From: Candidatus Latescibacterota bacterium | Lineage (GTDB): Bacteria; Latescibacterota; UBA2968; GCA-2709665 | Reading direction: 5' to 3' | Assembly (NCBI GenBank): GCA_965203805.1 | Contig: OZ241917.1 | Location: forward strand, 2,368,001-2,432,000 | Length of the DNA stretch: 64,000 nucleotides | Shown: positions 1 to 10,531 of the stretch, piece by piece | Numbering within the stretch: the stretch's first letter is position 1 | Layout: the number at the start of each line of letters is the position of its first letter | Program-made: the position numbers and the translations under genes | The notes under the pieces: generated by a model | The model's database searches: none | What the model was told of the DNA's origin: nothing | Seen by the model: the letters and a program-made list of their open reading frames with translations, nothing else

Positions 1-241
1 CATCCGCGAGCAGTCCGTGATGGCAGGAGACGACAACTTCCCCGGCGCCGTGGTCTATCAGCGCCAGGGAGATACCATTCTCCGCAAGAACGCGTGCGTA
101 TTCGGGCCCGGCGACATCTATTGCGCGATGTGGACGCTGCTGGGCCTGGCCGGCCTCGACGAAGAGGACTGGACGCCCCAGTACTCGTACTGGCGGCGTC
201 CTGAAAATCTGGACGACGGCGGCCGGAACGTTCTCGACTGA
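1..241 (+). CDS. 3' part of a probable DUF899 (thioredoxin-like) family protein, 5'-truncated by the window
   Basis: C-terminal FGPGDIYCAMW resembles the FGPGDxxCxxW motif I recall for DUF899; stop at 241. Confidence 0.45.
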   Translation, partial: IREQSVMAGDDNFPGAVVYQRQGDTILRKNACVFGPGDIYCAMWTLLGLAGLDEEDWTPQYSYWRRPENLDDGGRNVLD

Positions 242-324
242 ACGCCAATGAACGTCCGGACCCGCCAACGAAGCATCCGCCATGCGGCTTTTCTTTTCTG
301 TCCGCGCATCGTACCGAGGTTTCG

Positions 325-1752
325 GTGAACCTGATTGTCCTGTGCAGCGACACCTTTCGAGTGGACCATCTGAGCTGTTATCGAAACGACTCGCCTGTCC
401 ATACGCCCAATATAGACCGCCTGGCGACGGAAGGCGTGCGGTTTGACGCGGCGTTCGGTGAAGGCATACCCACGCTGCCGGCGCGACGGGTACTCTATAC
501 CGGGCGGCCGATTTTTCCGTTCCTGTGGGCGCCGCAGAAGTGGGACCGGGTGCAGCTTGCCGGCTGGCATCCGCTGTTCCACGAGGACGTGACGCTGGCG
601 GAGTGGCTGGTGGAACGGGGGTACGTCACGGGGCTGATCAGCGATCTGCCGCACCAGTTCAAGCCCGGCAAGAACTTCCACCGCGGATTCGTCCAGTTCA
701 ACTGGGAACGCGGCCAGGAAATGGACTACCTTGTGGCGGGACCCCGGGACACCGTGCCCGTTGAGCGGTTCGATCCCACCGGCCGTGGCTCGCCCGTGCT
801 GACACAGTTTCTGATGAACAGCCGGGACTGGAAGGACGAGACGGACTGGTGCAGCGTGCGGGTGCTGCGGAAGGGCATGGATTTCCTGAGGGAGAACGTC
901 CGCCAGCAGCCGTTCATGCTCTGGCTGGAATGTTTTTTCCCTCACGAACCGTGGTTCGCCCCGCCGGAACTGGTGGAACAGCATTACGAGGGAGACTGCC
1001 ACGACGGCGTGGAGTGGATTTTTCCTCCCGCCGACACCGCCGGGATGAGCGAAAACCAGGTGCACCGGGTGCGGGCGCACTATCGGGGCCTGTGCGCGCT
1101 GATCGACCGGTGGTTCGGCCGGCTGATGGATGCCGCGGAGGATCTCGGACTGCTTGAGGATTCGATCGTGGTCTTCCTGTCGGATCACGGCACGATGATG
1201 GGAGAACAGGGTCAGCTCCACAAGGGTCCCAGCCGGCTGCGCTGGCAATGCACCCAGGTGCCTATGATCATCCGGCACCCCGACGTGGACGCCTTTGGCG
1301 GAAGCGTCGTAGAATCCTTCGTACAACACCAGGACCTGATGCCCACCCTGTTGGGTCTGACGGGGATCGACGCCCCGGACCGATGCCTGGGCGAAGACCT
1401 CCGGCCGTACGTCACGGGAGAGACGGACGGCGGCCGGGAACACGTCGTCACCGCGTTCGGCAATTACGCCAGCGTGCGCAGCAGGAACTGGAACTATCAG
1501 ACGCCCTGGGTGAAAGAAAGCCCGGCGGCCGAAGGGAGCCGGAGCGCGTTGTCACCACCGGAACTCTACGACCTGAACGCCGATCCCGACGAATTGAAAA
1601 ACGTCGTGAACGAACATCCGGAGGTCGCGGCGGAATACCGCGACCTGCTCGCGGCGCATATTGAAGAGACCAGGCCGGTAACGGGAGGTTCGCTGGACGT
1701 CGGTGAGGCGGCCCTGTCTCACGTGCCACTATTCGATCAGTCACGTTTGTAG
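325..1752 (+). CDS. Sulfatase-like hydrolase (alkaline phosphatase superfamily)
   Basis: 475 aa; NLIVLCSDTFRVDHL, PNIDRLA, TLPARRVLYTGR, PHEPW, SDHG, ELYDLNADPDE. Confidence 0.9.
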   Translation: MNLIVLCSDTFRVDHLSCYRNDSPVHTPNIDRLATEGVRFDAAFGEGIPTLPARRVLYTGRPIFPFLWAPQKWDRVQLAGWHPLFHEDVTLAEWLVERGYVTGLISDLPHQFKPGKNFHRGFVQFNWERGQEMDYLVAGPRDTVPVERFDPTGRGSPVLTQFLMNSRDWKDETDWCSVRVLRKGMDFLRENVRQQPFMLWLECFFPHEPWFAPPELVEQHYEGDCHDGVEWIFPPADTAGMSENQVHRVRAHYRGLCALIDRWFGRLMDAAEDLGLLEDSIVVFLSDHGTMMGEQGQLHKGPSRLRWQCTQVPMIIRHPDVDAFGGSVVESFVQHQDLMPTLLGLTGIDAPDRCLGEDLRPYVTGETDGGREHVVTAFGNYASVRSRNWNYQTPWVKESPAAEGSRSALSPPELYDLNADPDELKNVVNEHPEVAAEYRDLLAAHIEETRPVTGGSLDVGEAALSHVPLFDQSRL

Positions 1753-1831
1753 TCGAAATACCGGGTTGCGGGTAACCGTTGAGAAGATCCCGGATGCCCG
1801 CTGCCCGGTAAACATTCCAGGGAGGTTTGAA

Positions 1832-2926
1832 ATGGCCGATAAGCTTGGGGTTCTGGTTCACGGTGCGGGATGGGTATCCACGCAGCACATCATGGCCTTT
1901 ACCAACAATCCGCATACCGAAGTGGTGGCGGTATCCAGCCGGAAACTGTCAAGCGCGCAAACTCGCGCTGAAGAAGCCGGCCTGGAGGGCATCGGGCTGT
2001 ACGACAACTACGAGCGGGCCCTGGCGCACGATGGTGTGGACATCGTGTGCGTCTGTACCCCGCAGCGCTTTCACGCCGAAAATACGATCGCCGCGGCAGC
2101 GTCGGGGAAACACGTCGTGATCGAGAAGCCCATCGCCAACAGCCTGGACGAGATCGGAGCCATGCGAGCGGCCGTGAACGCGGCGGGCGTGCGGACGGTG
2201 GTGAGTTTCGTGCTCCGATGGAATCCGCTGTTCGAGACCATCAAATCCATGGTGGCCGACGATGCCCTGGGAGACGTCTTCTACGTGGAGGCCGACTACC
2301 AGCACGACATCGCGAGCTGGTGGACGGGCTGGGACGAGGCCAGGAAGACGAGCACGGGCGTGAGCGCGTTTCTGACCGGCGGTTGCCACGCCATCGACTC
2401 GCTGCGGTGGTTCGCCGCCCAGGGAGAGTTCGAAGCGGCCCAACCCGTGGAGGTTTTCGCCTATTCGGGCGGATATCGCAAGGGTCTCAAGAAAGAGTTC
2501 GACTACCTGGCCAATAAGTGGGTGGACGGCCTGCCGCTGGAGTACGACGACCTCGAAGTCGCCCTAGTGAAGTTCTCCAACGGCGCCGTCGGCAAGGTCT
2601 CCGTAAACTACGGGTGTATCATGCCGTATACGTTCCCGGTTGAAATCTTCGGGAACAAGGGAACCGTCAAGGACAACAAGGTCTGGTCGCACAAGTATCC
2701 GGGCCAGAACAACTGGGTGGAGATCCCGGCCATCCTGCCGGATAGCGCGGACGTGACCCATCACCCGTTCCAGGGGCAGATGGACCATTTCGTCGAGTGC
2801 ATTCAGACAGACACGGAATCGCACTGCAACCTGGACGACGCGATTGTAACACACGAAATCGCCTTTGCCGCCCTGCAGTGTTACGAAACCGGACAGCCGG
2901 TGAAGCTGCCGCTGATGCAGGACTGA
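1832..2926 (+). CDS. Gfo/Idh/MocA family oxidoreductase
   Basis: GAGWVS Rossmann motif, GKHVVIEKP, GCHAID; GGAGG RBS before ATG 1832. Confidence 0.9.
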   Translation: MADKLGVLVHGAGWVSTQHIMAFTNNPHTEVVAVSSRKLSSAQTRAEEAGLEGIGLYDNYERALAHDGVDIVCVCTPQRFHAENTIAAAASGKHVVIEKPIANSLDEIGAMRAAVNAAGVRTVVSFVLRWNPLFETIKSMVADDALGDVFYVEADYQHDIASWWTGWDEARKTSTGVSAFLTGGCHAIDSLRWFAAQGEFEAAQPVEVFAYSGGYRKGLKKEFDYLANKWVDGLPLEYDDLEVALVKFSNGAVGKVSVNYGCIMPYTFPVEIFGNKGTVKDNKVWSHKYPGQNNWVEIPAILPDSADVTHHPFQGQMDHFVECIQTDTESHCNLDDAIVTHEIAFAALQCYETGQPVKLPLMQD

Positions 2927-2956
2927 TTCCGATCCGGGCGAAAGGACTCAGAGAAG

Positions 2957-4372
2957 ATGGGCAAACGGAATCTGCTGTTTTTCGGGGTGGACAGCCTGTG
3001 GGCCGATCACATGAGCTGTTACGGGTACGACCGGTTGACAACCCCCTATGCGGACCGGCTGGCCGCCCAGGGGGTGTTGTTTGAGAAGAACTACAGCCCG
3101 CACATCCCGACGACCTCGGCCTATTCGTCGATGTTGACAGGCATGGATTGTTTTTCCACGCAGGTGGTGGCGTTGCGTCACGAGGGGGGTTTGAGGCCCG
3201 AGGTGGCAAGTCTGCCTGAGATCCTGCGCGACGTGGGTTACGATACGACCTGCGTCGGTTTCACGGGCAATCCGGGTTCCCGGGGGTTCGACAGGTACCT
3301 GGACTACGAGGCGTGGGGGTCCTGGGAGCAGCGGCCCCTGCGCAAGGCCGAATGGCTGAACGACGTGACAATACCGGAACTGGAGCGGCTCGCCTCGGCA
3401 GACCGGCCCTTCTTCCTGTTTCTGCGGCATATGGATCCTCACGCGCCCTACCTGCCGCCCCCGCCTTACGATACGATGTTTTACAGCGGCGATCCGTGCG
3501 ATCCCGCGAAGACGTCGATGGAGCCGGTGCGGAATTTCAAGCCGTTTCGCGACTTTCACCTCAGCTGGATGCCGCCCGGCATCACCGACGCGGACTACGT
3601 GATCGCACAGTACGACGGCGAAGTCGCGTATATGGATGCATGCATCCAGCGGATCCTCACCCGCCTGGAGGAACTGGAGCTGGCTGAAGATACGCTCGTT
3701 GTATTCAACGGAGACCACGGAGAGACGCTGGCCGATCACGATTGTTACTTCGATCATCACGGGATGTACGACTGCACGCTGCACGTGCCGCTGATTCTGC
3801 GCCTGCCGGACGTGCTGTCCGAGGGACGTCGCGTACCGGGTTATTCGAGCCACGCCGATCTCGTGCCGACCCTGTTGGAACTCCTGGAAATCCGGACGAA
3901 TATCGACTTCGACGGAGAAAGCCTTTTGCCTCTGATACAGGGAACGCGCGCATCGAACCGGTCTGAATTCTATATTACAGAGGCAACCTGGATGCGCAAG
4001 CACGGTTGGCGCACGCCCGAGTGGAAGCTGATTGTGGCGATGGAGCCCGATTTCCACTTCAAACCGGAGGTGGAGCTGTACAACCTGGTGGAAGACCCGG
4101 CCGAGAACACGAACCTTGCCGACAGGGAACCGGAGGTCGTGCGGATGCTGCGAAACCGCATGGAATCCTGGATTGCGAAACGAGAGGCGGAAACGGGCCT
4201 GACGAATCCCATGTACACCAATCTGCAGTGGCACGGCACCCGGCACGAAGGACCCTTTCCCAGTTCGAAAGCGGCGTACGACAGCCTGTACATCGGGTCG
4301 CCGAAGACGGCGAGAAAACTACAGGCCCGGGATGCCGAGGAAAACGAAGAAACAGCAGGCGGCGAGTCGTGA
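2957..4372 (+). CDS. Sulfatase-like hydrolase
   Basis: 471 aa; VDSLWADH, DPHAPY, YDGEV, GDHGE, HVPLI, ELYNLVEDPAE. Confidence 0.9.
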   Translation: MGKRNLLFFGVDSLWADHMSCYGYDRLTTPYADRLAAQGVLFEKNYSPHIPTTSAYSSMLTGMDCFSTQVVALRHEGGLRPEVASLPEILRDVGYDTTCVGFTGNPGSRGFDRYLDYEAWGSWEQRPLRKAEWLNDVTIPELERLASADRPFFLFLRHMDPHAPYLPPPPYDTMFYSGDPCDPAKTSMEPVRNFKPFRDFHLSWMPPGITDADYVIAQYDGEVAYMDACIQRILTRLEELELAEDTLVVFNGDHGETLADHDCYFDHHGMYDCTLHVPLILRLPDVLSEGRRVPGYSSHADLVPTLLELLEIRTNIDFDGESLLPLIQGTRASNRSEFYITEATWMRKHGWRTPEWKLIVAMEPDFHFKPEVELYNLVEDPAENTNLADREPEVVRMLRNRMESWIAKREAETGLTNPMYTNLQWHGTRHEGPFPSSKAAYDSLYIGSPKTARKLQARDAEENEETAGGES

Positions 4373-4421
4373 CCGGTTCCGGACCTTCCCGCCGCCATAC
4401 CAATAGCGAAGGAGACGACCC

Positions 4422-5519
4422 ATGAGCGACGGATTTCCGCTACTCGAGGTATCGGGATCGCCCACGAATCGCGGGCAAGCGCACGGAGAGGTGTTCCGGG
4501 AGGAGATTCGTGCGATGCTTCCTGTCTATTTTGACTACCTGGAGCGTATGAGCCGCAAATATCGCGTGCCCGTGTTGAGCAAGACACGGGTACTCGAAAT
4601 CACCGCGACCTACGCACAGCCCGCGGAAGCATATGCGCCGGACCTCGTGCAAGAGGCGAGAGGAATCGCCAGGGGCGCTGGCGTGCCGTTCGAGGAGATC
4701 CTGGCGCTGAACAGCTTCCTGGACATTATCGACCATCTCTCTCCTGCGTTCATCGAAGCGGGTTGTACGACGTTAATGGTACCGGAGATGGAAGGCGGAG
4801 GCGTGGCCGCGATCGGCCAGAATTACGACCTGGCCGAGATTTTCTATGGGTCCGCCGCACTATTGAAGATCACGGGCGACGGCCCGGACGCGCTGATGTA
4901 CACAACGGCCGGGATGCTTGGGTGCGCGGGGTTGAACAGCGAAGGCATCGGCGTTGTCATCAACAACCTCGTCCCCGGCGACGCCGGGCCCGGCGTTCCT
5001 TACCCCTTCGTGATCCGGCGGATCCTTGCCACGGCAGTCATTGGAGACGCCATCGACGCGGTCGTCTCGTCGCGCCGCGCCTCGGGAATGAACTACGTTC
5101 TGTGCGACCGGCACGGGGAGATTTACAACCTGGAAACCACCGCCTCGGATTACGAGGCAACCAGCCCGTTCGACGGACCGATGGCGCACTCGAACCACTA
5201 CCTCGCAGACCGCCTGAAACCGCTCGAGCGGCGGGCTTACGATCAACAGGGCCAGAGCATTGCAAGATGGGGCCGGGCCACGAGGCTTCTACGGAGATCC
5301 GCCAACCCTGGCGCCCACACGATCATGTCGGCGCTGGAAGACCACGTAAACAGCCCGGTTTCGATCTGCCGGCACAGCGTTGACGGATGCGGGCAGACGA
5401 TTTGCGGCATCGTGCTCGAGCCGTCAAACGGGCTGGCGTGGTTCGCCCGGGGCCCCTGCTGCGAGCATCCATGGGTTGAGCACCGGCTGTTCGAGGTCGC
5501 GGGCAGACAGGTCGCTTGA
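4422..5519 (+). CDS. Peptidase C45 family (Ntn-hydrolase, acyl-CoA:6-APA acyltransferase-like)
   Basis: RGQAHG, autocleavage G-CTT, GQNYD, GLNSEG, HSNHY. Confidence 0.85.
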   Translation: MSDGFPLLEVSGSPTNRGQAHGEVFREEIRAMLPVYFDYLERMSRKYRVPVLSKTRVLEITATYAQPAEAYAPDLVQEARGIARGAGVPFEEILALNSFLDIIDHLSPAFIEAGCTTLMVPEMEGGGVAAIGQNYDLAEIFYGSAALLKITGDGPDALMYTTAGMLGCAGLNSEGIGVVINNLVPGDAGPGVPYPFVIRRILATAVIGDAIDAVVSSRRASGMNYVLCDRHGEIYNLETTASDYEATSPFDGPMAHSNHYLADRLKPLERRAYDQQGQSIARWGRATRLLRRSANPGAHTIMSALEDHVNSPVSICRHSVDGCGQTICGIVLEPSNGLAWFARGPCCEHPWVEHRLFEVAGRQVA

Positions 5520-5598
5520 TTAGACCTGGACGTCTACCGCAATGAGGGCCCTGGGGACATCAAACGGGCATGACGCACACTATTGGCAGGATTTCGGC

Positions 5599-6300
5599 AT
5601 GGAAGTGAATATCGAACGCTGGTTCCGGGCGCCGTACGGGATGCCGAACGGCGTGCAGGCAACCGTCGACGGCATCTGGGTGGTCGACCAGGTGACGGAC
5701 CGCTCAGCGTTGTTGGAAGTCTCGAGCGCGGACGAATACGGCATGTTGCGGCTGCAGTCCGAAGTGCCCACCGAGTCGTCGAATACCAGCGGAATGGCCT
5801 GGGGCGATGGATCGCTCTGGCTGGCGGCCAACGGTTCCGCGGAGAAGTGGCGGGCGCCACGAAACACAGACGCGGATTCGGGCGAGATTCTGCGGGTGGA
5901 TCCGAAGACGGGCGAGACACAGGGACGATGGCCGTTGCCGGGCGGCGGGGGCACGCACGGGCTGGAATACGATGCGTTCGAGCCGGGTACTTTGTGGCTG
6001 ACCACCTTGAAGAGCCAGACGCTGACACAGGTGCGGATTTCGGATTGGTCCATCCAGCGTGTGTTTTCCCTTCCTCACGGACGGGCGCACGGCGTCGTCC
6101 GTGAGGAAGACCACGTATGGGTTGTACACACGTCCGAGCGGGCGATCGTGAAACTGGACGCGCAATCCGGGACTGTTCTGGGAGAGATCAGGGTCCCGGC
6201 GTCGCAACCCGAGCCGCACGGGCTTTCCAGGTACGAAGATGGTTTTCTCTACTGCGACGCGACCTCGGGATGGGTGGCGAGAATCCATTTGGATTCGTGA
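5599..6300 (+). CDS. Beta-propeller protein (glutaminyl cyclase/NHL/Vgb-like)
   Basis: Repeated PNG/SGMAW/HGL blade motifs; ORF is open from 5542, ATG 5599 preferred. Confidence 0.6.
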   Translation: MEVNIERWFRAPYGMPNGVQATVDGIWVVDQVTDRSALLEVSSADEYGMLRLQSEVPTESSNTSGMAWGDGSLWLAANGSAEKWRAPRNTDADSGEILRVDPKTGETQGRWPLPGGGGTHGLEYDAFEPGTLWLTTLKSQTLTQVRISDWSIQRVFSLPHGRAHGVVREEDHVWVVHTSERAIVKLDAQSGTVLGEIRVPASQPEPHGLSRYEDGFLYCDATSGWVARIHLDS

Positions 6301-6340
6301 GGCGGGTTTCCGACGCGCAAGCGAGAGGCGGTAAAAACCG

Positions 6341-9157
6341 GTGAAGTACAAAGTACTCTCCACAACCGGATCGACGCGGGGAACCGCGTACACAATGAGC
6401 AACAAGATCCTGACTCATGCCGGCAAGACCCACGTGGCGTGGCTGGACCAGATCTGCAAGATATACGTGCGCACCTACCATCACAGGACCAGGCGCTGGG
6501 CCAAACCGGTCTACGTTGGAACCGGGGACGACAACCACGCCGGTGCGGCGTTTGCGATGGATTCGAAGGGATACCTGCATCTGGCGTTCGGACCCCATCA
6601 CAATCCGATCCGACACGTCGTGAGCAAACGGCCCAATACGTCGACGTCGTGGGTGGAACAGCCTTCGTTCGGGCGCACGACGGCGACCTATCCGAGCCTC
6701 GTCTGCGACGCCGGCGATACGTTGCACGCCTGTTACCGCGGGTCTTACGCGGCGGAGCGGCCATGGTCGCTGGTGTATCAGAAAAAGCCAAAGAGCGGCG
6801 AATGGACGGACCCGGTCAAGCTCGTGGACCCCGAAGGACCGCCGGCGTATACGCAATTCGAGAACGCGTTACATATCGACAGGGGCGGGACGCTCTATCT
6901 GGCCTACCATATCGTGAGGGCGACCGGAACGGACTACAACGATATATGCGGCCGGGGGTTCGGCGTGATGCGATCCCGGGACGGAGGCGAGAACTGGGAG
7001 ACCGTGGACGGACGCGCGCTGGATCTCCCCACAAATCCGGCTTCGCCGTGCGTCATCGAATTCGATGAAGGTCTCGACGTTCGCATGGGCAACGTCGTGA
7101 CCGGCGGCAGGGGATCGCTTTGCTTTACGTTGAATCGCCGGGAAGGCGGCGCGGCGGAGACATTCGTCTACGCCAGGAGAAAGGACGACTGGCGCGTGGT
7201 ATCCTTGATGCCGGAGGCGGAGCGGCTCTTCGGCCCATGCGAAATGTCGGACGTGTGCGCGCTCAGCATTGCGGACGACGGCGTCATCTATGCCGCGGTC
7301 CCGGTCTGCCGTCGGGGCGGCGGCTGGGCGGATTCCACCAACGAAATCGCGTTGTTTACCTCCCGCGACGGTGGAGAGACATTCTCGGGCTACAAGATAT
7401 CGTCGGACGAGCCGGACGCCTCGAACTGGCTGCCCTCACTCGAACGGCAGACCGGACACAACCGGGTGGACGTACCAGACCTGGTCTATACGCACGGCCA
7501 TATCGGCGAGGGGTGCAGCCCGGATATCGATACGGAGGTTCGGCACGTATCGCTGGCCGGCGTCGCGGATGCGGAAGCGAGCGCCGTAGACGCGCGGATC
7601 ACAGGCGCCGAACAACTGAGCGGAATCCGTTTTACCCAGGAGCAGCGCGGAAAAATGCGACGGGACGTCGAGCAATATCGACTCCGGTACCGCGAACTCC
7701 GCGAGGTCGACGTGGGTTACGACGTGAGTCCGGCGTCGATATTCCTTCCGGGCGTGAAGCCGCCGCCAACCGGTGAGCAGAGACCGTTTCGGTTCAATGC
7801 CTCCAGCGTCGACCGACCCGCATCGTCCGGCGACCTGGCCTTTCTGCCCGTGAGCGCGCTGGCGCGCCTGGTGGAAAACCGGGAAGTGTCTCCCATTGAA
7901 CTTACCCGGCTTTACCTCGAGCGGCTGGATACTCTCGGCGAAAAACTGCATTGCGTGGTTTCGCTTACCGAAGATTTGGCGATGAAGCAGGCCAGGGCCG
8001 CCGAGGCGGAGATCCTGGCCGGAAAATACCGCGGTCCGCTTCATGGGATTCCGTGGGGCGCCAAGGACCTGCTGTCCGCAAAGGGGATCCGGACCACGTG
8101 GGGCGCCACGCCATTCAAGAAGCAAACGGGCCAGACCGACGCGGCCGTTGTGGAACGGCTTCGGGACGCGGGCGCGGTCCTCGCGGCCAAGCTTTCGACC
8201 GGAGCGCTCGCCAACGGGCCACGGTGGTTCGGCGGGTTGACCCGCAACCCATGGGATACAAAAAAAGACTCCAGCGGGTCTTCGGCCGGACCGGGCGCCG
8301 CGACCGCCGCGGGCCTCGTTGGCTTCAGCATCGGCTCGGAGACTCTGGGGTCCATCGTTTCGCCGAGCCACACCTGCGGTGTTACGGGGCTGCGGCCAAC
8401 CTACGGCCGCGTAAGCCGTTACGGCGCGATGGCGCTTGCCTGGACCATGGACAAACTGGGTCCGATGTGCCGTGGCGTTGAAGATTGCGCGGCGGTGTTC
8501 AGCGCCATCCACGGGCCGGACGGGAGAGACCGATCCGTGGTAGACGCGCCGTTCAACTGGCCCGCAGCCCCGGACGTAAACGCATTGAGGATTGGCTTCA
8601 TCCAGCGGGAGTTCGACGACATCGAGGGATCCGAAGCGCGTGCGGTCTACGCAGCCGCGTTCCGGAAGTTTGAGGAACTCGGTCTGGGCGTACACCCGGT
8701 AACGCTCCCGGCGTGCCCCCACGGCGCGGTCTCAATGACACTCTGCGTGGAAGCGGCGGCCGCGTTTGACAGTGCGACGCGTGCGGGCGAACTGGATGCC
8801 ATGATTGATGCCGACCGCAGTTCCTGGCCGACGGTGTTGCGCAGCTATCGGATGGTGCCCGCCGTGGAATACCTGCGCGCACAGCAGGTCCGGACGCTGA
8901 TGATTCGCGACCTCGAGGACCTGATGGCGGATTGGGACGTGCTGCTGGCGCCCGGAGACGCCGGCGCGAGTCTGACCGTCACAAATCTCACCGGGCATCC
9001 CGCGCTGACGTTGAAATGCGGTTTCACAGACGGCATGCCTCGAGGACTGACGCTCATCGGAAACCTCTACGACGAGGCGACCCTTCTGAGTGTGGGCCTT
9101 GCCTACGAGCAGGCGACGGATTGGCATAATCGGCATCCTGATATCCGGTCCGCTTAA
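6341..9157 (+). CDS. Fusion of an N-terminal BNR-repeat (BNR_4-like) propeller and a C-terminal amidase-signature amidase
   Basis: DDNHAG, HHNP, Asp-boxes SRDGGENW and SRDGGETF; amidase motifs GPLHGIPWGAKD, SSGSSAG, GSETLGSI. Confidence 0.85.
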   Translation: MKYKVLSTTGSTRGTAYTMSNKILTHAGKTHVAWLDQICKIYVRTYHHRTRRWAKPVYVGTGDDNHAGAAFAMDSKGYLHLAFGPHHNPIRHVVSKRPNTSTSWVEQPSFGRTTATYPSLVCDAGDTLHACYRGSYAAERPWSLVYQKKPKSGEWTDPVKLVDPEGPPAYTQFENALHIDRGGTLYLAYHIVRATGTDYNDICGRGFGVMRSRDGGENWETVDGRALDLPTNPASPCVIEFDEGLDVRMGNVVTGGRGSLCFTLNRREGGAAETFVYARRKDDWRVVSLMPEAERLFGPCEMSDVCALSIADDGVIYAAVPVCRRGGGWADSTNEIALFTSRDGGETFSGYKISSDEPDASNWLPSLERQTGHNRVDVPDLVYTHGHIGEGCSPDIDTEVRHVSLAGVADAEASAVDARITGAEQLSGIRFTQEQRGKMRRDVEQYRLRYRELREVDVGYDVSPASIFLPGVKPPPTGEQRPFRFNASSVDRPASSGDLAFLPVSALARLVENREVSPIELTRLYLERLDTLGEKLHCVVSLTEDLAMKQARAAEAEILAGKYRGPLHGIPWGAKDLLSAKGIRTTWGATPFKKQTGQTDAAVVERLRDAGAVLAAKLSTGALANGPRWFGGLTRNPWDTKKDSSGSSAGPGAATAAGLVGFSIGSETLGSIVSPSHTCGVTGLRPTYGRVSRYGAMALAWTMDKLGPMCRGVEDCAAVFSAIHGPDGRDRSVVDAPFNWPAAPDVNALRIGFIQREFDDIEGSEARAVYAAAFRKFEELGLGVHPVTLPACPHGAVSMTLCVEAAAAFDSATRAGELDAMIDADRSSWPTVLRSYRMVPAVEYLRAQQVRTLMIRDLEDLMADWDVLLAPGDAGASLTVTNLTGHPALTLKCGFTDGMPRGLTLIGNLYDEATLLSVGLAYEQATDWHNRHPDIRSA

Positions 9158-9404
9158 TTCAGAAACAAGAAAACACAAGAACAAACATGGATGGACAGGA
9201 TGGACAGGATAAAAGCCAAAAAGCGAGAGAAAACGAGGAAAATCGAAAAGCACGAGAATGGCACCAGAGAACGAGTAGAGGCAATATATGAGTAAACGAG
9301 TAATGGCAGTGAATCATTAAGGTTCAGGAACGGGAATAAACGTGGATGGACCTGCGGTTCGACGTGTATTGAACTGAAATCACCAACCCTTGGAGGCGTG
9401 TAAA

Positions 9405-10481
9405 ATGGCAGAGGAATTCAGAGGCATGCCCTGCCGGCGTGTGGGGAACTCCGGCCTGTTCGTGTCCGTTATCGGGCTGGGAATGTGGAAGTGGGGCGAT
9501 CCGGTTTACGACGGGTCCCGCATCGGGGATCACAAGGGGTTCGAGGTCCTGGACCGGGCCCTGGAACTGGGTGTCTTTCACTGGGACACGGCGTGTTCCT
9601 ACAACCTTGCGTCGGGCAACTCGGAGCGTCTGCTGGGGCGGTATTTCGCCGCTCGTCCGGGTACGGTCAGGGAACAGGTCGTCATGGCAACCAAGATCCA
9701 CAATCCGGTGCGCGCGGAGCACGCCATGGAGGCAGACTTCACGCCGAACCAGCTCGGCGCTTCCAGGACGTATATTCACTTTGGCGTGGACAAGTGCCTG
9801 GAGCGGTTGCAAACGGATTACATCGACCTGCTCTATCTGCACCAGAACGGCGCCGGCGAAGACGGAAACTACCGGGTTCCGATCGATGAGACCTGGGGCG
9901 CGTTCGACGATCTCGTTTCGCAGGGAAAGGTAAGGTACCTGGCGGTATCCAATCACTCCGCGAGGCAGATGGCGAATGTCATCGCTGCGTTGGAAAAGGT
10001 AGGTAAAGACGTCTCACGCAGGATCGTGGCCGTGCAGAACCGGTACAATCTGGTGCAGCAGGACGCGGTGGCGGCGGAAGACGGCGGCAGAGGGCGGGAT
10101 TTCCTGAAAGCGGCGGCCAGGGCCGACGTAGGTGTGATTCCCTACTATCCGCTCGCAAGCGGCCTGCTCACGGGCAGGTACCGCAAGGGAAGGCTGGAGG
10201 CGGCGGCGGGACGGATCATCGACGACGGCGACGAGGCGGAATTTCTGACCGAACCCTATTTGGACGCCGTTGAAGGGCTGCTGGAGGTGGCCGAATCGAA
10301 GGGAATCTCCCTCGCCCAACTCGCGATTGCCTGGCTGCTGGCCAACGGGCAGGTGCCGTCTGTCATTGCAGGCGTCACGGAAATGCGACACCTGGAGGAC
10401 AACGTGAACGCGGCCGGCGTTGAACTGACGGACGCCGACATGGCGCGCATCGATGAGGTCACAGGCGCGGCGCTCGCGTGA
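9405..10481 (+). CDS. Aldo/keto reductase
   Basis: SGLFVSVIGLG, DTACSY, ATK, LQTDYIDLLYLH, PLASGLLTG. Confidence 0.92.
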   Translation: MAEEFRGMPCRRVGNSGLFVSVIGLGMWKWGDPVYDGSRIGDHKGFEVLDRALELGVFHWDTACSYNLASGNSERLLGRYFAARPGTVREQVVMATKIHNPVRAEHAMEADFTPNQLGASRTYIHFGVDKCLERLQTDYIDLLYLHQNGAGEDGNYRVPIDETWGAFDDLVSQGKVRYLAVSNHSARQMANVIAALEKVGKDVSRRIVAVQNRYNLVQQDAVAAEDGGRGRDFLKAAARADVGVIPYYPLASGLLTGRYRKGRLEAAAGRIIDDGDEAEFLTEPYLDAVEGLLEVAESKGISLAQLAIAWLLANGQVPSVIAGVTEMRHLEDNVNAAGVELTDADMARIDEVTGAALA

Positions 10482-10531
10482 CCGGCGTCGGTCCGGCAAG
10501 ACGGCGCTATTCATCCGCGTGAGGGCGAACC

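Noticed and set aside
118-1443. Long antisense ORFs here and at 2948-4246, 7436-8722, 58968-60245 and 61006-62328
   Set aside because: Shadow ORFs opposite well-supported genes in GC-rich DNA, with no motifs
9160-9310. Purine-rich intergenic stretch with ATGGACAGG repeated
   Set aside because: Short low-complexity repeat with no regular spacing or associated gene; not CRISPR-like
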